Under the pieces are notes generated by a model, which was given only the letters and a program-made list of their open reading frames with translations, ran no database searches and was not told the DNA's origin. 32,339 nucleotides of DNA from Basidiobolus ranarum (taxonomy: Eukaryota), in assembly GCA_040143965.1 (NCBI GenBank), contig JASJQH010000083.1, positions 1 through 32,339 on the forward strand. The letters run 5' to 3'. A program made the translations under genes and the position numbers. This document shows positions 24,220 to 32,339 of the stretch, piece after piece (the first letter of the stretch is position 1; each line of letters opens with the position of its first letter).

Positions 24220-25317
24220 ATGGTTTGTGTTGTTTGTGGAAAACCTTCTCGTGCTATCGAACTCGACCATGGAAACAACCCATTCTATGTTGGAAACTAT
24301 TTTTCACCACCTAAAGTGAATTTGTGTGGGTGCCAGGACGACACTATAGACGTTGCCGTAGATAAACCTACTAGTACCCGTTTAGCTTTTCAAGCTACCA
24401 AGATAGAGAAAGAGCCCGGTGCTCACAGAGTGTCGCAAGCTGACCAGTTGGTTTCTAAGGAAGTGACAGTTAAAACTACCTCTGGTGAATACACGCTAAA
24501 GACTGCTCGTTTTGTAAATAGCTTTAAAAGCTCTCCAAATAATCCATTTGATGTTACTTCGACTGCAGCCTTACCTAATGTTAAAAAGGTGGTCACTCAG
24601 GAGAAGAAATTTGATTTGAGGTGAGCTATCTAATAGTACCACACTTACAATAATGAGTTATCCTAAATTAGCTTTCTATTGTAACTCTATTTAAACATTG
24701 TCAGCTCCGAGAAACCAAGTAGAAGGTATTTTCTTTCGAAACAATGTAAAACTATGGAAATAATGCTAATATCTCCATTTTAGTATATGGGATATTATTA
24801 AAGATGCTGATTTATCCTGTCAACCACGGTATTTGTGGGATTCAGAGGTCATGTTTAAAAAAGCTACTGTCATCGATGATCAGCTTGAAACGAAGACCGA
24901 AATTGTCGTTACAGCACCATCTGAAAGTACGTGGGTATCGTCTGACAAGTCATCTCGGGCTTCGTACGCACCCGCCATCTCTGAACCGCAAGCTACTGCT
25001 CCCATTAGAAAGCATGCATCTCAACAGCCCAAAGTTGAAGTTGTTACGACCAAAATCAGAACGACAAGTTTCGTTGGCCCTCAAATGTCACCAAATAATC
25101 CTTTCGAAATTAGCGATAAACCGTTGAGAAAAGTAAATTTAGCGGCAATTAAATTTGGAATGTGCATGTAAGTCTTCACATACGACTTCTCATTGAATCC
25201 ACTATTCTAATATATATCCCTATTTTGGTGAATAGTCGTGGTCGTAAGTATCCCGCTCGTATGGAGAATTTAATAGACGGCTCACCTCTCAAGCCTCGTC
25301 TGCTATCTTTTCAATAA
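24220..25317 (+). CDS. Hypothetical protein with three NNPF motifs and an internal duplication, ~295 aa, 4 exons
   Basis: Exons 24220-24620, 24705-24725, 24784-25167 and 25236-25317 (888 nt) join with consistent phase-2 introns. N-terminal CVVC. Probable 5'-UTR intron at 24046-24110. Confidence 0.75.
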
Positions 25318-26214
25318 CATATACCGGCTTTTATATCAACAAAAGAGTTCTTTCTCTGGATTTTGTATCTTGGCTCAGAATCCACGGGACATTTACTTTC
25401 GATTTGATTGTATCAATGTACATATAGCCTCACCCATTGTTTTCGACTGATTATCGTATTTGAACCAAAATATCACCTCAGTTTTTATAAACAATCTTCA
25501 ACTTGAAATCATGTTATAGCTCTATAAAGCCATCTCTTAAACTGGATTATTTTTATATTCTCATGGTTGAGGTGGTAACGTCGTCGAGCTGCTCTGGGTG
25601 AGGTTTATTCCTGAGTTATTAGTATTCGCAAAGTAACACGATCAATCTATTTGAACACTATCATGTGTACAAAGATCAATCTTCTCGAACCTATATTCAT
25701 CTCTTGAAATTGTTTATTGTATCGGATTTGTCAAGTGTTGCGATGAATTCTGATGTCGTTTTGGCATTCTAAAGTTTATTAAAATCAATACTCCTTATGA
25801 AGTGCAGAAGTTACATGCTCCTAAACTGAAAGAGCCATCATATACTACAAGCCCCAACTCTTCGGAGTGGTTCAAAGTATGGGAATGAATCTAGGTGAAT
25901 CCATGACACAAGGGAAGACTACAAACAAATTATCTTGTTTAGTTGGTAACTTGTCTATTCCCTGTCCATTGGTAGCACTTCGGTGGGATCTGAGTCTATA
26001 TCTATTCACGATATACAAGGGTTTTATTCCTGGTATAAAGTTTTACACATTCCTGTTGAAATGAGAAGTTTGTACAAAAATGAGATAACAAGTATTAGGA
26101 CGAAACTGAAAAATTCGTTGATTATTCGCTGGATCGAAAGATTGTCAAATTGAAAAATAAAGGGGGAAGCACGTCTATCGAAATGGGATAACTTGGGGAG
26201 GTCATGGTATAATC

Positions 26215-27863
26215 TCAATAATCTAGTAGACCTTTCTTTTTCAAATTACGAGCTTTATCTTTTAAATTGACGGGAGTTCGTGTTGCAAAGAGCTCCGGGT
26301 GTTGGCTTTTGATATATACCCAATTAGTCCCAAATTTTTGGACACCGTCAATCAATACTTGCTCCTCTTCTGCCGTGAAAGGTCTGCGCTTGGGACATGG
26401 TGAGGCTATAGGAGAAGCTTCAGTGGTGCTTACTTTTTTATCCGGTTGAGCCGTACATCTCACTAATTGGGGCTTTGTTGTTGGCTTAGGTGTTGATCTT
26501 GAAGTGGGAAAATCCGCGCCATCCTGTGAATATTTGGTGACTGGAATATGATTAGCATGGTCAAGTTCAAAGAATACTTGAATGCATCATTAAAAACTGT
26601 TACTTATTGCAGGCTCATCGGGTGTTAAAGTTAGGTCAATCTCGATATATTTCTTTTCGGATAAACTGGCTGCATCGCTTGGACTGGCTTTACGTCGTGG
26701 TGAGAATACATCGGGATATCGTAGCTTTATGGAATCCCAATCTGTGTTGGGACCTTTCTCCTGTTCTTCGTAGGCAAGCATCGTACGAACCGCTTCATTC
26801 CAATACTTCTTTCGTTTCGCGTCATCCGGCACACTTTGAGTTCCTGAGATTGATATGTTGCCTAGAATTAAATCATTCCCTTAGTTTAGAATCAAAAGAA
26901 TTCGAGGTGATTCTGTTGACTCAACTTACCAGAGATTACTGTGCTTCTACTATTGCCGGATAATTGCCCAGACGATACGACTTGATGCACAACTCCTTTA
27001 AAAGTGGAGCTTGACTTAATATTTAACTTATTCTGGGGAATAATCAATCCTGGTGGGGGTTTCGGTGTGTTTTCATCAAGTCTATTGTCTAAATTTGAGG
27101 TAGATTCAGTAGTACGAGGAAGTAAACTCGAGTAATCTTTATCATGCACTTGTTTAGGAGGTTCAGATGCACCAATTTTTTTGTGGTTCCAGTATTTATG
27201 TAGGAAAGTTTGATCTTTGGGTAAGTTTTGCTTCTCTATTTTCCGCAAAGCTGCGCGCTCTGCATTTTCGCGTTTAGTTTCCTTATGATGGCAAGGCACA
27301 CATAATGTACGATAGTTATCCAAGGAGCATGCCCCGCCCCCTTTATACACACCTATGATATGTGCCGCCTCCCAGAACATACCGGGAGTGAAATGTTGAG
27401 TGAAATCTGAAAGAGGTTTTTTAACTTTAAGTCTCCATTTATCATCTAGACCACCAAAATAGCGCAGACGTATTTCCAAGTTGCTGCAACTTGCAGCCCC
27501 CTCAAAAATCCCGTGTGCGTTTATCCCACATTCCATACATATTCCTTTGTCGCGTTCAAAGAGTTTTAAACGAACATAACAAGGTTGTGTTTGCAGTTTG
27601 AAATTGTGAATGCAAACAGGGTTGCAGAAAGTACGGTATTCGTTATTAGTTTCTAAGATATTAAAAGGGAATTGGTGGTTTAGAAAGTCAGTTGGTTCAC
27701 GTCTTTTCAGAGTAAAATTCTAACCTTTTTGACAATATCGACATAATACAAAACCTCTCGGTCCTCTAGCTAGCTTATCGTCGATTATCCTATTTTCTGA
27801 ATCTTTTTTTACCCTCCCTCGATCCGCTCGCCAGCGGGAGTTTTTACTTACGGTAGTCGTCAT
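26215..27863 (-). CDS. ZRANB3-type HNH endonuclease fused to C-terminal TRF/telobox-type Myb domain(s), ~481 aa, 4 exons
   Basis: Exons 27863-27725, 27652-26930, 26861-26604 and 26540-26215, all phase-1 GT..AG, 1446 nt. N-terminal half: CRYC..RTFCNPVC..LFERDKGICMECG..WEAAHIIGVYKGGGACSLDNYRTLCVPCH. C-terminus: RRPFTAEEEQVLIDGVQKFGTNWVYIK..RTPVNLKDKARNL. Confidence 0.85.
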
Positions 27864-28961
27864 CTTCCAAGGAAACGCGAAAGTTTAACAAATTTACATG
27901 ATATTCAAACTGTGATTCTCACACCAATATTAAATGTGTTATCATAAACTAACAATTTAATTGTTTTGTACCTTAGGACGCCAATAACACTGAAAATGAC
28001 ATGTCACAGTGGATCAATAAATCCAGGGATACGATGATCAATTGTTGCAAAAAAAAAATTCACGAATTTCACCAACCAATGTGATGATCCATCGGTCAGA
28101 CAAAGACACAAAGAAGGAATGAAGCTAAGCAAATGTGACTTCCTTATCCGCACATTCATTTGATGCATCTACTTGACAAAAGCAATTAATCTATGTGGGG
28201 ACTGGAGATGAATCGAAGCAGAGCCATACACTCAGCAATTGGTGGTTGAAGGAACGTGTTTCCTACACCTGAATCATGCAGCTCGACTTCAACTTGATCA
28301 GATATACTTGCTGTTCTAGTGATAGGCGATATGCTTTTCGATAGATTATGACTTGGTGGGATGTTGGGCGAGGCTTATTGTTGGATCTATTACCGATACT
28401 TCCTTCGTTACCTTGAAGCGGTAGAGTTACCGATATTGACGCGGAATTCAATACAACTCACGCATCAAAAGCTCCCGATTTTAAATTGCCTACAGTCAAC
28501 TTTCCATGCCAAAAACCTGAGCTCCTTATACACTTTCTTGCTAATATATAAGGTTGAGTCATGGATACCGTAGGATCCCCCAATTATGGAGGGTTTGCCA
28601 TTCTCAAGGTGATCGGATTTGCTATGGCTTAAAGCTTAGGTCATTCCTGATTTGCATCAGCTTAGATGGCTGACACGCTGGTGGCTATCGATCCTCGATG
28701 ACATGCTAGTCTTTAGTGTGTTGATAGGAGCGCTTAATGCTCCTGCATATGTCTTACGAGTGAAATCAAATATATACATTCTGAGAAATAGTAGTAGCTT
28801 CGATATTCCCGTTGATGGTGAAATCAAGCGATATTGCAATTTATTTGAGAAAAAGGCCTCAACAAAATTATCTTGGGTTAATTATCAAGGTGTAAATATG
28901 CTAATGCTATAAAATACGATATGTGAGACAACCTCTATGTTGAATGGAGACTACAGGATTT

Positions 28962-30587
28962 TCAGCTCTTGATGGTGATACGACCATCAATGTAGGGGGT
29001 AATTGTACCCTTTTCTTTGATGTAGTTGGTCAAGACTGTATCCAGTGAATCCAATGGTACTGGAACAGATGCAGGTACTGGTGAGATATTATCCCCGCCA
29101 GTAACCACAAAGTCCAAGGTTACAAAGCGGTAGGAGGTATCGGGATTGATGGCCTCGAAGGATTTCTTGTCTTTGCTAGCGACCATCACGTCGCTGACTT
29201 TAGAACCTACTTGTGCGTTAGCATCAATGGTAAACTTAAGTCCAGAAACCTGAATAAAGCTGGTCACTGGTTTGTTGAATACTGAATTGGTACGGGCAGC
29301 AACTCCTTCCAACATCGTGACTACTTGCTTTCCAGTTAAAGTAAAGTCGGAAAGAGCATTACCAAATGGTGCAATGGTTAATACATCACGCACTTTCACT
29401 TCACCAGCATCAATTCCAGCTCTGATACCTCCAGAGTTAATCAATGCAAATCGTACATCTGGTAATTCACGGCGAGCCCAAAGCATCGCGTCAGTAACCA
29501 AGTTTCCGGCAGTACATTCCTTGGTTTGACAAGTAGATTGATCAAATGATTCGACGGCCTTTCCAATGACTACTTCGGCGAAAGCATCGAATGGCTTACG
29601 CCATTTCTTCACTGCGGCTTCAGTCTTGCGATCTTTAGGGATCTTATAGTCGAGGAAAATTGGCTCACCACCAATAGCGGCAATCTTACCTTTCTTGTCA
29701 TAGAAAAGATCAACATGACCAATGTATCTTCCCCATGCCCAGGCTTGAACAACGTAAGTATTTTCATTGGCAAGATTCTTTACATTGGTGGTGTAAGGGC
29801 CCTTAGCGGAGAGGTAGTTAGGGTCGTTCCATGTGCTAGAGAGGAATGTATGACTGTGTCCACCAACAATAAGATCTATTCCTTTGGTACGTTTGGCAAG
29901 ATCAATATCCTCTTGGTAGCCATTGTGACTAACGCAAATGATCTTCTTGATTCCCTTTTTACGTAATTCATTCACGTATTTCTGAACACGCGGAGCGGGG
30001 TCGTAAAAGGTGATGTTCGAGGCCTTTATGGCAATGGAGGCCGTGGTATTGGTGATATATCCTATGACGCCTAAACTGTGCTTAGGGAAGATATGATATG
30101 GCTTGATAGCTTTGTTGAAAGCTGGCTCCTTTCTCGCATCAAGATTGGAACTCACCACTGGAAATTTCAATTTTTTAATGAACTGGGCCAGATGGTTTGG
30201 TCCATCATCAAATTCGTGGTTGCCAACTGTCATGAGATTGTATTTGAAATCGTTCATTACTTGGGCAGTAACATTGCCTTTGTAGTAGGTATAGAAGAGA
30301 GTTCCTTGAAATTGGTCACCGGCATCAAATAAATACAGGTCAGGATACTTCTTGCGGAGACGATCGAGGATTGTCTTTTGACGGGCAATTCCACCCATAC
30401 ATTGTTGGTTCTTAATCTGGTCGGCAGTACAATCGGTACCATACTTGTTGAATTCGTCAAGATGAGCGTGAATATCATTTGTATGAACAATAGTAACACG
30501 TTCCAAGTTGTCTCGGCGAAGCAGATCGGCGTGAGTGGTACCGGCCACCAAAGACAAAATAGAAAGCGTCAAAGCCAAGTGCTTCAT
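28962..30587 (-). CDS. Secreted 5'-nucleotidase/apyrase (metallophosphoesterase + 5'-nucleotidase C-terminal domain), 541 aa, intronless
   Basis: Signal peptide. Metal-binding motifs HTNDIH, DAGDQFQG, GNHEFD, VSH.G and GGHSHT. C-terminal domain GNLVTDAM..NSGGIR..PFGN..QVSGL..DGRI. TATA-like CATATAAG on the minus strand at ~30682-30690. Confidence 0.95.
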   Translation of the reverse strand: MKHLALTLSILSLVAGTTHADLLRRDNLERVTIVHTNDIHAHLDEFNKYGTDCTADQIKNQQCMGGIARQKTILDRLRKKYPDLYLFDAGDQFQGTLFYTYYKGNVTAQVMNDFKYNLMTVGNHEFDDGPNHLAQFIKKLKFPVVSSNLDARKEPAFNKAIKPYHIFPKHSLGVIGYITNTTASIAIKASNITFYDPAPRVQKYVNELRKKGIKKIICVSHNGYQEDIDLAKRTKGIDLIVGGHSHTFLSSTWNDPNYLSAKGPYTTNVKNLANENTYVVQAWAWGRYIGHVDLFYDKKGKIAAIGGEPIFLDYKIPKDRKTEAAVKKWRKPFDAFAEVVIGKAVESFDQSTCQTKECTAGNLVTDAMLWARRELPDVRFALINSGGIRAGIDAGEVKVRDVLTIAPFGNALSDFTLTGKQVVTMLEGVAARTNSVFNKPVTSFIQVSGLKFTIDANAQVGSKVSDVMVASKDKKSFEAINPDTSYRFVTLDFVVTGGDNISPVPASVPVPLDSLDTVLTNYIKEKGTITPYIDGRITIKS

Positions 30588-30999
30588 GATACTTATTTCC
30601 TACGCAGTGAAGAGAGAAAGGGAGAGGAAAGAAGTAGAGGAAAGGGATATCGCAATGCAACCCCACGGACTGACAGGTGTACTTATATGCTACGGTGTTT
30701 AGGATCATCTGAAATAATGTAGATTAATTTGAGGATGATTTCTCTGCATTGGCTTAAGAGGTGTCACAACTTTGATCATTGGTGCATCCAGCACCTATTC
30801 TCATGTAGAGCCAAAAATTGACCATGTCACGTTATTCTGGGTACAAATCCGAAAAAGTTAAGAGAGCTGGGTGTAACATTCTGGCTAATCGGTAAAAAAC
30901 CATTACTAAAGTCCCTCAGCTAAAGCAAAATTACTGGATGGTGACCCAAGGCCTTACTGATCCCGGTTGGGAAGATTATCCTTTAGAATTCACATTGTC

Positions 31000-32339
31000 A
31001 CGTGCAGTGGAGTAATTATGACTGAGAAACTTTTCTTATTCGAGCTGCGAGTGAATGTAACCAGGGCGGCGGACATCAGGTAGTGCAACACACTGGAACG
31101 TTCTATGAAATAAGAGGCTTGTCTCCTGTGCGTATCTCCATAAGATGATAACAATAAATCAATCCGCTAGCACATAATGTCTTGCAGAAAACAACTTCAA
31201 ATCTATCCTCGTGATGAGCTTGATATGTGAAGCTCGGAAGCTTACTTGGCTCAAGCGGAAATAAGCACCCTGGATTACTAAATTTAATAACTCATTTGAT
31301 ACCAAAAAGGAGATCATTATGCAGACTACTTTCTCAATGCAGCGTATACACCACAGGGTTGACTGGACATATGCACGCGAATTGAGTCCCATATATTTTT
31401 TGGTGAAGTGAGATGAGGCGTTTAGCAATCATTTCTTTTAGCAGAAGCACGCCCTGCAACTTGTATCAACAGAAGCATGTCCTAGAATCGTCCCCGCATT
31501 CTGTTTCATATTATGATTGGATACGGAAGGCTGGAATTAAATCAGTAAACCGAGGCTACTTTTCACTAAAAAAGCTTTAATCTCTCCTGAAAATTAACAC
31601 TTCTAAATCAGCCACATTTTTATTGCTGGCTGGATTTGGCAAGGGTGGGCTTGCTTAGAGGTTAGTGACGAAGAAATTTGCTCTCGCCTTCTAATCGATT
31701 TTGCAAGCTAGCTATCCCGTATGTGGTTGGATTCGCGATCCTCTTGATCTTTGCGCATGTTTCGTCAACATCATCACTATGAAGTAGCGCCTCCCATGGT
31801 TCACAGGCTAAATAATTAATGCTGTGATTCATCTTATCTTCGATTGCCCTGATTGCCCTTGATCCAAGTGGGCAGAAGTGTGAAAACAATTTTTCGATCA
31901 ATCAATGATTTTGTGTCATTGTCGCTTGCTTATTAAGTGCGGGATCTACCGTAATGTAAGTCAATCTGCAGTTTGGGGGTCTTGGTGGCACATCGAGGCC
32001 TGTGAGAATAGTAAAATATCTTCTGTGCTACGTATTGATGTTTCTTGCCTAACTGGTTTCCGTATAAAGTTCATTTTAGGTTTTTAGATGCAAGCCTCAT
32101 TACAGGCAGGTAGCTGACCATGGAATTTTCTGAATGAACAGCCACTTGGTATGATGAACATCAAAGGAATTATTAGGAGTGTGTTGTGCAAAAAAATCCA
32201 ACTGAAAATAGCCATTAGCCTTGCCAGTAAGATTGCGTTTGGTAATGAAATCATGCCTCTTGCCCAGTAATTCCCCCATGTGGCTGAAAGAATTGACCAC
32301 AAATATCAGTAGGGATTTTCCCAGACCCAACAGGGTAAT
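31000..32339 (-). pseudogene. Possible decayed coding sequence of unknown family, running off the window edge
   Basis: Successive protein-like minus-strand segments (32339-32100, 31901-31662, and ~31460-31000 in shifting frames) broken by stops without clear splice sites. No family recognised. Confidence 0.25.

Noticed and set aside
26604-26930. Frameshifted pseudogene interpretation of the HNH-Myb ORFs
   Set aside because: Canonical phase-compatible introns join all segments into one open frame.
29272-30722. Plus-strand ORFs over the 5'-nucleotidase
   Set aside because: Antisense shadows of a codon-biased gene.

Overview
Gene-dense, AT-rich eukaryotic nuclear DNA with short (~45-200 nt) GT-AG introns and CTAAC/CTAAT-type branch points. 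The gene set points to a fungus, probably an early-diverging lineage (inference). Manual splicing gives about 14 protein-coding genes: a myosin light chain/calmodulin-like protein, a PA-TM-RING E3 ligase, a secreted 8-Cys protein, a small orphan ORF, a UBE2C/Ubc11-type E2, a TPT-family nucleotide-sugar transporter, RPL31, a UPF0658-like membrane protein, an LPxI-motif-rich disordered protein, a Sec14/CRAL-TRIO protein, an Apd1/Aim32 ferredoxin, a 3xNPF protein, an HNH-nuclease/telobox-Myb fusion and a secreted 5'-nucleotidase. Two things stand out. (1) A ~1.1 kb non-coding + strand segment (~21060-22170) is packed with helices containing G-U pairs. It holds a CCCTAACCCTAA telomere-template motif, a candidate U-rich/A-rich pseudoknot and an Sm-like site at an orphan intron, so it is a candidate telomerase RNA gene. 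(2) About 4 kb away, a gene fuses a ZRANB3-type HNH endonuclease to TRF-like telobox Myb domain(s). Both are pattern-based inferences that need computational and experimental tests.
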